Shown: piece after piece, positions 39,301 through 47,168 of the stretch | Numbering within the stretch: the stretch's first letter is position 1 | Layout of the letters: every line of letters starts with the position of its first letter | Assembly: GCA_965279315.1 (NCBI GenBank) | Contig: OZ257145.1 | Location: 73,759-137,758 of the forward strand | Direction: 5' to 3' | DNA: 64,000 nucleotides | Source of the DNA: Alphaproteobacteria bacterium | GTDB lineage: Bacteria; Pseudomonadota; Alphaproteobacteria; Micavibrionales; UBA2020 | Position numbers and translations under genes: made by a program | Notes under the pieces: model-generated | What the model was told of the DNA's origin: nothing | Databases searched by the model: none | Seen by the model: only the letters and a program-made list of their open reading frames with translations

Positions 39301-40549
39301 CCGTGGCGAACTTGATCGCGCCGCAGATGTTGTTGGCGGTGTTGTTGGTGTAGCGGTTGGTGATGTAAAGCTGGCTTTGCTGCGGCGTGCCGGGCGCGGC
39401 GCTCATGGCGTCCTGCTTCAGCTCGATCACCTGGTCGGGGTCAAGCGCGCCGGTGCGCTGCTGCAGGTAGGTGTTGTAGGCCGCCTGGCAGACCATGATC
39501 TTGTTGATCGATGTCACCACGTTGGTGTTGTTGTTGACGGTATAGGGCGACAGCAGCGTCTGGTTGCCGACGACGGAAGCGACATAGGTCGCCCAGCCGC
39601 GCGTGCCGAAGTTGGAGCCCCATTCCGCAAGCTTCACGACCATGTACTGGCCGCCCGAGAAGCCGGCGGAGCCCAGCGGGAACATGATGCCAAGCGCGAA
39701 CAGCACCCGGATCGGCACCCAGACCATGTTGTGGCGGCCGCCGCCGACGGTGCCGGTTTTCGCGGTGTCGATGATGACGGAAATGACCATCCAGCCGATC
39801 ATCAGGCAGGCGACGACGAGCATGCCGGAGTTATAGATCATCATCAGGCCGCCGAGCGCGTTTTGCAGCGCGCCGCCGGTCGGGTTGCTGGCCATGCCCT
39901 GGCGCAATACCTTGTCGAGCGCCATCAGCGCATAGTCGGTCGAGATGCCGTTGCCCTGCACGCGCAGGTCGAACAGGCCGGAGGATCCCGCGATCGTGCC
40001 GGCGGTCGCATCCAGTTCCGTCACGCCCTGCCCCTTCAGGTACGGGTCGCCGGGATGGCGGAAGGCCTCGAAAATCTGCGCCTGCGCAACGGCGCCCACG
40101 CCCAGGAAGATGCGCGCGAAGAACGCGCCCAGCGATGCGGTGAAGGCCATGATCATCATCATGACCGCGCCGAACATCGTCCATTGATAGGTGCTCGCGC
40201 GGTTGGTTTTCAGGCGGAACCACACCTCGCCCAGCAGCTTGCGGAAGCTGTAGGATTTTTTGGTGATGGCATCGGCCTCGAGCGCGGGGTGAGTCGCGGG
40301 AATCAGCGACACCTCGGCGAACATCGTCGCCATGGTGCGGATAAAGGCAGGGTAAAGGTGCGACATGCCTTCAAAACACATGCGGAATTGGGGCAGGAAG
40401 ACGAAGGCGGCGGTCGATTTCGCCTTGATGCGGGGAGCGCGCATGTTGTTCATCGCATCGCGGATGCGACGGGCCAGATAAGGGTTGACCTTGAGCTCTT
40501 CTTCGGCCGGAATGCCTTGATTAAGCTTAGGTTTGACCATGCGTTTCAT
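36386..40549 (-). CDS. Giant polytopic membrane protein, paralog 2 of 4, with a ~430-aa hydrophilic C-terminal extension
   Basis: 1387 aa from ATG 40549 (MKRMVKP); the start was chosen by analogy with the cGGGG..ccATG context of the other paralogs. Same conserved blocks. Long Lys/Asp/Glu/Met-rich tail. Confidence 0.85.
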   Translation of the reverse strand: MKRMVKPKLNQGIPAEEELKVNPYLARRIRDAMNNMRAPRIKAKSTAAFVFLPQFRMCFEGMSHLYPAFIRTMATMFAEVSLIPATHPALEADAITKKSYSFRKLLGEVWFRLKTNRASTYQWTMFGAVMMMIMAFTASLGAFFARIFLGVGAVAQAQIFEAFRHPGDPYLKGQGVTELDATAGTIAGSSGLFDLRVQGNGISTDYALMALDKVLRQGMASNPTGGALQNALGGLMMIYNSGMLVVACLMIGWMVISVIIDTAKTGTVGGGRHNMVWVPIRVLFALGIMFPLGSAGFSGGQYMVVKLAEWGSNFGTRGWATYVASVVGNQTLLSPYTVNNNTNVVTSINKIMVCQAAYNTYLQQRTGALDPDQVIELKQDAMSAAPGTPQQSQLYITNRYTNNTANNICGAIKFATAATPDDNNQFLDWSTATPNTAMTASTSTGTAPDNNYKNVGMTTAVKGFRDAMRGALSADLADTPTGVGAGSVVNDARTFACQFVSRRFSDGGGAGNPVADIPMCAGAAAAATDPDTSSHQNMLNTMQAAMMAAYTGGGRGALNNYVGTTATSPMMTEMSSRGWAGMAMWYQDIANLNNVQYTAQEPMATVEPGSIWSGSGGAGWERCAGDSSESGEQCKISGLEDKVFSVMNEYDRWWGVSGLSGSPGKVGQAAASSNQELNPAVGSSIGSILSWIGNVSIGDNGILTVLTRFIFPRAAGVFLFKAVDLSATNTYPLAQLSDTGHSVLGIGALLWTGVSILQAVSTIDGAGFSLGKGLAFSALMGALASVGSMMILAGCVISFYLPALPFIRVAFSVLTWLTSVFEAVVMVPVAALTHLSTMGPGLMGNHGRTAWTLWFNVFMRPILTVFGFIAGMLCYSTFAVFFHTTFEQGAASVMSTHWYPMQILAKVAYSVIYLGTLYAAANTSFKLLDVFPNHLMRWLGEWGAKQDTALLDGRSNIGGGLGFAGATLIKNLEQAIPMSSGWNVRNLIKSDDDLTNLKNANSVASRAAAMGVRDELLTDSKLARKQSDMQLARSRMTADERDRMGNMSSGDKDRFLQHKFLEQENKKYKRFGFERGIGYSLNTTGKAGYSGAGTTFAGLNMHASMNPRRWFSRNEGGKDMGGSGYHFGEKLAGHGQRGHKDNDQNFRELDGPSVGRGQLAGASISDSALDGALSGGGGSGMDAMNATQIAAVRQKIENQMSGADAVNYVGMSAADKDSFIRRYYETDPELFAPGVGKPGTEAMFGYMKAQDELNLLSKLGLDGAAMDEASREPKKTIGYAQAMWEEKNAGSDVNTQWGFMTRDEKAAVALAHGKLVESRDRAAENEMSSEQRTAWKNADIAKREQFSDAKYAESVLRGLVAKGTASESKLNDLIKANEALAGKLFKI

Positions 40550-40602
40550 GCGTGATGCCCCGAGAAAATAGTTCCACACACCTAAATCAGGCTTATTCCT
40601 TC

Positions 40603-40631
40603 ATTCTACGCCTTTTTCTTAAAACCGTCAA
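40603..40631 (-). promoter_or_regulatory. Sigma70-type promoter of paralog 2 (conserved cassette)
   Basis: Minus strand: TTGACG, GTTTTAAGAAAAAGGCG, TAGAAT. Confidence 0.6.
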
Positions 40632-40711
40632 ATTTACGGGCATTTATGCAAAATTTTACAGGTACATAAGTCCCTCAGGGGTTTTCCCCTGTTCCGGCGC
40701 CGCCCTGCCCC

Positions 40712-40746
40712 AAAAAGAAAACCGCCGGATCTTGCGACCCGGCGGT
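40712..40746 (-). terminator. Rho-independent terminator of giant paralog 3
   Basis: Minus strand: ACCGCCGG, loop, CCGGCGGT, then TTTCTTTTTGG. Confidence 0.7.
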
Positions 40747-40771
40747 GATTTCTTTGGCTGAAGCCAGGGCC

Positions 40772-43672
40772 TTAGGCCTTGTCGCCGCCGACTTTTTTGC
40801 CGCCGCCGCCGCCGCTCTTCATGTTGAAGTTGGGCTTCATCTGGCCGAGCAGCTGGGTACCGGCCAGCATCATGCCGTCGTTATGGTCGTCCATGCTATG
40901 GTCAGGCGAGCCGCCCATCCAGCGCATCAGGGCCGAGGGGAACATGTCCATCAGCTTGAACGAGGTGTTCGCAGCCGTGTACAGCGTGCCCAGATAGATG
41001 ACCGAATATGCCACTTGGCCGAGGATCATCATGATCGGGTTACCGTTCGAGGCCAATACCGCCGCCGAGCCCTGAGAGAAGGTCGTGTGGAAGTAAACCG
41101 CGAAGGTGTTGAAGATCAGCATCCCCGCCACGAAGCCGAACACGACCAGAATCGGGCGCATCAGCACGTTCAGCCAGAGAATCCATGCCGTGCGCGCACC
41201 GCCCGCCAGGCCGTCGCCTTCGGATGTCAGGTGGGCAAGCGCCGCGATCGGAACCATCACCACAGCCTCGAACACGGAGGTCATCCAGGTCAGGACCGCG
41301 AAAGCCACGCGCAGGAACGGCAGGACCGGAAGGTAGAAGGCAATCATCACGCCCGCCACCATCATGGTCATCGCAATCGTCGCAAGGCCGTTCGCAAGGG
41401 CCGACACCGCAAGACCGCCACCGCCGGAGAACGTCGCGATCTCCGCGCTCGACAGGATCTGCAGCACGGTCAGGAGGACCATGATGGTCGTCGCCGTGCC
41501 GATGATCGAGTAGCCGGTATCAGCCAGCGACGCGAGCGGATAGGTGTTGGTTGCAGCAAGGTCGACCGCCTTGAAGAGGAACATGTCGCCCGCACGCGGC
41601 CAGATTTTCGAGATGATCCAGTCAGCGATGCTCAAGTCGCCGGTTGCGAGGTTTTTCAGGAACGAGATCATCGACCAGAAACCGCCGCCACCCGAAGACG
41701 GGTTCAGGTCCGAGGTACGCTGCGCGGTGCCGTAGTCGGTACGGCCAGCCGAGCCGGGGCGGGACGCATCTGCCCACCAGCGGTCATAGTCGGCCATGAC
41801 GCCGACCACTTTTTCCTCGATATCGGGGTTTTTGCAGGCGCGGCCGAACAGTTTGCGGCCCGCGCATTTCATGGTGTTCCAGACGGACGACCAGAAGCCG
41901 CCTTTACCGGCGCCTTCCCACAGCGTGCCGGGTTCGACCGTCGCCGTCGGCTCGCGCGCCGATTGCAGCAGGCCGTTCAGCGACGCGATGTCCTGGTACC
42001 ACATGCCCATGCCGGCCCAGCCGCGGGCCTTCATTTCGTTCATCATGTCGCCGCCGCGGATATAGCCCATCAGGTCGGCTTTCGCGGAACCTGCAGCGCC
42101 GTCGGGGGCCACGCCGCCGTCATAGACCTGATTGATCGCCTGCATCAGCGCATCCAGTTCCTGCTGGGGCTGTGCTGCGTTCGGGTCGTTGGCGGGGGTC
42201 GCCATCGCGGCGCAGTTGTTGTAGCCGCCAGTCATCAGGCCGACCGGGTTGTTGGGCGTGCCGGGGTTGCCGTAGCGGCGCGCCACGAAATCGCAGGCGA
42301 AGGTACGCGCGGTCTGGATGATCGGGCCGCCCGAGCCGGTGGCGCCGTTCAGCGAGGTTTCATTCAGCTGGTTCTGCAGCGCGCCCATCATCTTGTTGCG
42401 GAAGCCCGCAACGGCGGTCGCCATCGTGGCTTTGTAGTTGGTGTAGGTCGCGCGGTTCGCGTTGGCGGCGGCGGTCGACGCGGCGTCCATCGGGGTGGTG
42501 GTGGTGGCGTTGGCCAGCATCAGGTCAACGTCTTCCGTGCCTGCGTTCGCGCTGGTCCCGTAAGTGATCGTGCCGCAGACGTTGGGGTCGGTGTCGTTGG
42601 TGTAGCGGTTGGTGACCCAGCCGGTGCGGTTGGTCAGATCCTGTTTAATGCGGATGACCTGGCGCGGGTCCATGCCGCCGGTCGATTGCTGCAGGTAGGT
42701 GTTGAACGCGACCTGGCAGACCATCACCTTGTTGATGCCGGCGACGAGCGAGGTTGCGTTGGCGGCGGAGAAAGGCGACAGCAGCGACTGGTCGCCGACG
42801 ACGCCGTTCACATAGGTGAGCCAGCCGGTGGAGCCGAAGTTGGAGCCCCATTCCGCCAGCTTCATCACGGCATACTGGCCGGAGGAGAAACCCTGGTTGC
42901 CGAGCGGGATCATGATGCCCAGCGCGAAGACGACGCGGATCGGGGTCCAGACCATGTTGTGGCGGCCGCCGCCGAAGAGGCCGGTTTTCGCCGAATCAAC
43001 GACGATCGACAGCACCATCCAGAACAGCATCGCGCCTGCGACCAGCAGGACGCCCGAGTTGTAGACCTGCATCAGGCCCGCCAGCGCGTTTTGCAGCGCG
43101 CCGCCGTTGCCGGGGACGCCGGTTGCCGCCTGACGGAGAATTTTGTCGAGGACCATGAGCGCGTAGTCGGTCGAGATGCCCGAACCGTTGACGCGGGAAT
43201 CGAACAGGCCTGCAGCGCCCGTGATGCCGGCGGTACCGCCGGAAATATCCGTCAGGCCGGTGCCGTAGGGGTCGCCGGGATGCGCAAAGATCTGCGCCTG
43301 CGCCACTTCGCCAAGGCCGAAGAAAATGCGCGCGAAGAACGTGCCGATGGCGGCCGCCAGCGTCACCATCATCATGATGATCCCGCCGAACATGCCGTAC
43401 TGGAAGGTGGTGGCGCGCGTCGTGCGCAATGTGAACCATGCCTCGCCGAAGAGGTCGCGAATCTGCGTGTTGGGCACACCCTGCGCGCCGTAGTTCAGCG
43501 CCGGATGGTCATCGGGCAAAAGTTTTGCCTGCACGAACATGAGGGCAAGGACCCGCATGAACACCGGATAAATGTGGGAGAAACCCTGGAAGCACATCCG
43601 GAACTGCGGCATGAACATAAAGGCCGCGACATTTGTTCCCTTGATGCGGTTCGATTCTCTGGCGTCGCTCAT
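40772..43672 (-). CDS. Giant polytopic membrane protein, paralog 3 of 4, with a Gly/Lys-rich tail
   Basis: 966 aa from ATG 43672 (MSDARES). Same conserved blocks. C-terminus SGGGGGKKVGGDKA. Confidence 0.85.
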   Translation of the reverse strand: MSDARESNRIKGTNVAAFMFMPQFRMCFQGFSHIYPVFMRVLALMFVQAKLLPDDHPALNYGAQGVPNTQIRDLFGEAWFTLRTTRATTFQYGMFGGIIMMMVTLAAAIGTFFARIFFGLGEVAQAQIFAHPGDPYGTGLTDISGGTAGITGAAGLFDSRVNGSGISTDYALMVLDKILRQAATGVPGNGGALQNALAGLMQVYNSGVLLVAGAMLFWMVLSIVVDSAKTGLFGGGRHNMVWTPIRVVFALGIMIPLGNQGFSSGQYAVMKLAEWGSNFGSTGWLTYVNGVVGDQSLLSPFSAANATSLVAGINKVMVCQVAFNTYLQQSTGGMDPRQVIRIKQDLTNRTGWVTNRYTNDTDPNVCGTITYGTSANAGTEDVDLMLANATTTTPMDAASTAAANANRATYTNYKATMATAVAGFRNKMMGALQNQLNETSLNGATGSGGPIIQTARTFACDFVARRYGNPGTPNNPVGLMTGGYNNCAAMATPANDPNAAQPQQELDALMQAINQVYDGGVAPDGAAGSAKADLMGYIRGGDMMNEMKARGWAGMGMWYQDIASLNGLLQSAREPTATVEPGTLWEGAGKGGFWSSVWNTMKCAGRKLFGRACKNPDIEEKVVGVMADYDRWWADASRPGSAGRTDYGTAQRTSDLNPSSGGGGFWSMISFLKNLATGDLSIADWIISKIWPRAGDMFLFKAVDLAATNTYPLASLADTGYSIIGTATTIMVLLTVLQILSSAEIATFSGGGGLAVSALANGLATIAMTMMVAGVMIAFYLPVLPFLRVAFAVLTWMTSVFEAVVMVPIAALAHLTSEGDGLAGGARTAWILWLNVLMRPILVVFGFVAGMLIFNTFAVYFHTTFSQGSAAVLASNGNPIMMILGQVAYSVIYLGTLYTAANTSFKLMDMFPSALMRWMGGSPDHSMDDHNDGMMLAGTQLLGQMKPNFNMKSGGGGGKKVGGDKA

Positions 43673-43726
43673 GGTTAAAACCCCGACAAAAACAGACACA
43701 CACACCTAAATCAGGCTTATTCTTTC

Positions 43727-43755
43727 ATGATACGCCTTTTTCCTAAAACCGTCAA
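43727..43755 (-). promoter_or_regulatory. Sigma70-type promoter of paralog 3 (conserved cassette)
   Basis: Minus strand: TTGACG, GTTTTAGGAAAAAGGCG, TATCAT. Confidence 0.6.
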
Positions 43756-43819
43756 ATTTACATGAATTTATGCAAAATTGTACGGGTGTAAAAAAGCCAA
43801 GCGGCACAAGGGGATCTGC

Positions 43820-43859
43820 GAAAAGAGAACCGCCGGACACCCTTTCGGCGCCGGCGGTT
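43820..43859 (-). terminator. Rho-independent terminator of giant paralog 4
   Basis: Minus strand: AACCGCCGG, loop, CCGGCGGTT, then CTCTTTTCG. Confidence 0.6.
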
Positions 43860-43910
43860 TGCAATTTATTTTCAGTCCATCCGGCTTTATGTCGCGCGCC
43901 GTAGCTGCGG

Positions 43911-46900
43911 TCAGGCTTTTCCGCCTGCGCCGCCCTTGCCCGACTGTCCGCCGGAGCCGGCACCCATGCCGAGTCCCCCGCCGCCTTTGCCGCCGGGAGC
44001 GCCCGGCGCGCCACCGCCGCCACCCACATCCGCAGCTTTCGTGCCGCCGGGGGTTGCATCGGGGTCGCCGGCTTTTTTGCCGCCGTACTGGAACTTGGGC
44101 GCCATGCCCTCCATCATCTTCGCAGCTGTCAGCATGTTGCCGTCGCTATGGTCGTCCATGCTGTGGTCAGGCGAGCCGCCCATCCAGCGCATCAACGCGT
44201 TCGGGATCACGTCCATCAGCTTGAAGGACGTGTTCGCCGCCGTATACAGCGTGCCCAGATAGATGATCGAATAGGTCACTTGCGCGATCATCGCGGTAAA
44301 GATGTTGTGGGTCGCAATCAGCGTCGACGCGCCCTGGCTGAAGGTGGTGTGGAAATAGGTCGCAAAGGCGTTGAAGATCAGCATGCCGCCCACGAAGCCG
44401 AACACGACCAGCACCGGGCGCATCAGCACGTTGAGCCACAGGATCCACGCGGTTCGCGCACCGCCGGCCAGGCCTTCGCCTTCGGTGCCAAGGTGCGTCA
44501 GCGCCGCGATCGGCACCATCAGCACCGCCTCGAACACCGACGTCATCCAGGTCAGCACCGCGAATGCGACGCGCAGGAACGGCAGCACGGGCAGGTAGAA
44601 GGCGATCATCACGCCCGCCACCAGCATTGTGGTGGAAATGGTCGACAGCACGTTCGCAACGGCGGACGCGGCGAAACCGATACCGCCCGACACCGTGAAC
44701 AGCTTGCCCGCCGTCAGGATCTGGATGATCGTGAGACCCGACAGGATGCTGAGCGAGGTGTAGATGATGCGGTGGCCGGCATCCGTCAGCGTCGCCAGCG
44801 GATAGGTGTTGGTGGCCGCCGTATCGACGGCGCTGAAGATAAAGCTGTCGCTGGCGCGCGGCCAGATGCGTTCGGCAACCCAGTTCAGGATGCCGGAGCC
44901 GCCGCCGAAGGCGACCGATTTGATGAACGAGATCACGGTGCGCAGGCCGCCGCCCGACGATGACGGCGTCACGTCCTGCGTGCGTTGCGCGCCGCCCATG
45001 GTGCCGAGCGGGGTGTTGGCGGGTGCGCCGGGGCGCGACGCGCTTGCCCACCAGGCGTCATACTCGCCAAGGATGGATGCGGCTTTTTCCTCGATCTCGG
45101 GGCTCTTGCAGGGGCGGCCGACGATGCGGCGGCCTGCGCATTTCAGGTTGCTCCAGAAGCCGCCTTTCGTTGCGCCTTCCCACAGCGTGCCGGGCTCGAC
45201 CGTTGCGGTCGGTTCGCGTGCGCCCGCCACTTGCGCGTTCAGCGCGGCGATTTTCTGGTACCACATGCCCATGCCGGCCCAGCCGCGACGCTGCATTTCC
45301 TTGATCATGCCGTTCGGGCCGGTGATGTAGGCCATCAGCGCGTCTTTCGCAAACGGGCCGCCGCCGCAGCCGGGGCTGGTGGGCGAAATGGGTGCGGAGC
45401 CGTCATATGTGCAGCGGATCGCGTCCATCATCATGCCGACCTGGCGCTGGGGGATAGAGGCGTCGGGGTCTGCCGCGGGCGCAACCGTGCCGCCGGGGCA
45501 GGCCGCATAGGGCGCGGACAGCAGGCCGACGGGGTTCGGCGTCGTGGTTTCCCAGCGGCGCGCAACGAAGGGGCAGGCCAGCTGGCGGGCGAGCGTGACA
45601 ACCGTGCCGCCGCCGGTGCCGGAACCGGTGTCAGCCGCGATGTCCATGTTTTCCGTCAGCAGGGGCTGCAATGCGCCCATCATGCGCTGGCGGAAATCCG
45701 CAAGGCGGTCGGCGAATTCCTGGTCGTAGTTGGTGTACATCGTACGGTTCGCGGCGTTCGCGGCAAGCGCGGCCGAGGCCGGGTCCATCGGCGACGAAAC
45801 GCCGGTGTTCGCCATCGCGGCGCCCACGTCCGAGTTCACGCCGTTGTCAAAGCCATAAGTGATCGTGCCGCAAATGTTGGCATCGGTGTTGTTCGTGTAG
45901 CGGTTCGCGACCCAGCCCACGCGGTTGGTCGTGTCCTGCTTCACGCGGATGACCTGCTGCGCATCGAGCCCGCCGGTGATGTTCTGCAGCGCCGAGTTGA
46001 ACGCGATCTGGCAGACCATGACCTTGTTCACGCCCGCCGCGATCGAGGTCGCGTTGTGGACGGAGAACGGCGCCAGCAGGCTCTGGTCGCCGACCACGCC
46101 CGCGATATACTGCACCCAGCCCTTGGTGCCAAGGTTGGAGCCCCATTCGGCCAGCTTCATGACCATGTACTGGCCGGAGGAGAAACCCTGCGCGCCGAGC
46201 GGGAAAATGATGCCGAGCGCGAAAACCATGCGGATCGGGGCCCAGACCATGTTGTGGCGGCCGCCGCCCAGCTTGCCGGTGCGCGCGGTGGAAACCACGA
46301 TCGACATGATCATCCAAAGGGTCACGACGCCCGCGATCAGCGTCATGCCGGTGTTATAAACGCGCATCAGGTCGACCAGCGCGTTTTGCAGCACGCCGCC
46401 GTTACCGACGGGCGCGGTCGCCGCCTGGCGCAGGATTTTGTCGAAAACCATCAGGGCGTAGTCGGTCGACACGCTCGCGTCGTTCACGCGGGTGTCGAAC
46501 AGGCCGCCGGGCGCTGTAATCGTGCTGGTACCGCCCGTGATCGCCGTTTCGCCGGGGCCGCCGGAGCAGCCGCCATAGGGGTTGCAAGGGTGTTCCAGCA
46601 CGCGCGGCAGGAACAGCTGCGCCTGCACGGCATTGCCGACCCCGAACACCACGCGCAGGAAGAACGAGCCGACCGCCAGCACCATCATCATGATCATCAG
46701 CACGACACCCGTGAACATCGACCACTGGTGCGCGCTGGAACGCGTGACGCGCAGCGTGAACCAAGCCGTGCCGAACAGGTCGAAAATATGGGTGTTGGGA
46801 ATCTCTTTCGCGCCGTAATTCAGCGCGTTATGCGACGAGGGGATCAGCTTCGCTTCGGCAAAAACCTGCGCAAGGCAACGCATGAAGACGGGGAAAAGAT

Positions 46901-46997
46901 GCGCAAACCCCGTAAAACACATGCGGAACTGCGGCATGAACAGAAACCTCGCGATGGAAGTTTTCTGACCAGAGTTGTAATCATCGGCATGGCTCAT
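43911..46997 (-). CDS. Giant polytopic membrane protein, paralog 4 of 4, with a long Gly-rich tail
   Basis: 1028 aa from ATG 46997 (MSHADDY). Same conserved blocks. C-terminus GGGGGAPGAPGGKGGGGLGMGAGSGGQSGKGGAGGKA. Confidence 0.85.
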   Translation of the reverse strand: MSHADDYNSGQKTSIARFLFMPQFRMCFTGFAHLFPVFMRCLAQVFAEAKLIPSSHNALNYGAKEIPNTHIFDLFGTAWFTLRVTRSSAHQWSMFTGVVLMIMMMVLAVGSFFLRVVFGVGNAVQAQLFLPRVLEHPCNPYGGCSGGPGETAITGGTSTITAPGGLFDTRVNDASVSTDYALMVFDKILRQAATAPVGNGGVLQNALVDLMRVYNTGMTLIAGVVTLWMIMSIVVSTARTGKLGGGRHNMVWAPIRMVFALGIIFPLGAQGFSSGQYMVMKLAEWGSNLGTKGWVQYIAGVVGDQSLLAPFSVHNATSIAAGVNKVMVCQIAFNSALQNITGGLDAQQVIRVKQDTTNRVGWVANRYTNNTDANICGTITYGFDNGVNSDVGAAMANTGVSSPMDPASAALAANAANRTMYTNYDQEFADRLADFRQRMMGALQPLLTENMDIAADTGSGTGGGTVVTLARQLACPFVARRWETTTPNPVGLLSAPYAACPGGTVAPAADPDASIPQRQVGMMMDAIRCTYDGSAPISPTSPGCGGGPFAKDALMAYITGPNGMIKEMQRRGWAGMGMWYQKIAALNAQVAGAREPTATVEPGTLWEGATKGGFWSNLKCAGRRIVGRPCKSPEIEEKAASILGEYDAWWASASRPGAPANTPLGTMGGAQRTQDVTPSSSGGGLRTVISFIKSVAFGGGSGILNWVAERIWPRASDSFIFSAVDTAATNTYPLATLTDAGHRIIYTSLSILSGLTIIQILTAGKLFTVSGGIGFAASAVANVLSTISTTMLVAGVMIAFYLPVLPFLRVAFAVLTWMTSVFEAVLMVPIAALTHLGTEGEGLAGGARTAWILWLNVLMRPVLVVFGFVGGMLIFNAFATYFHTTFSQGASTLIATHNIFTAMIAQVTYSIIYLGTLYTAANTSFKLMDVIPNALMRWMGGSPDHSMDDHSDGNMLTAAKMMEGMAPKFQYGGKKAGDPDATPGGTKAADVGGGGGAPGAPGGKGGGGLGMGAGSGGQSGKGGAGGKA

Positions 46998-47048
46998 GGC
47001 TTTGCCCCGGCAAATATAGGATGAACCGCCTTATTCAGGCTTATTCAT

Positions 47049-47077
47049 CCATGATACCCCTTTTTCTTAAAACCGTC
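47049..47077 (-). promoter_or_regulatory. Sigma70-type promoter of paralog 4 (conserved cassette)
   Basis: Minus strand: TTGACG, GTTTTAAGAAAAAGGGG, TATCAT. Confidence 0.6.
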
Positions 47078-47168
47078 AAAATTAAGGCATATTTATGCCA
47101 AATTTTAGGCAGCGGCGAAGAAGGGACTGATGGTGAATCATACCATTGATTGCATTAAGGAATATTTA

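Noticed and set aside
32845-47024. Very long plus-strand ORFs antisense to the four giant paralogs: 32845-36087 (1080 aa), 36311-38482, 38945-40555, 40745-43678 (977 aa) and 44985-47024.
   Set aside because: - Their translations are Arg/Gly/Ala/His/Asp-rich low-complexity strings typical of the antisense frame of high-GC genes.
- They have no motifs and no promoter or RBS context.
- The minus-strand products show strong paralog conservation and membrane-protein character.
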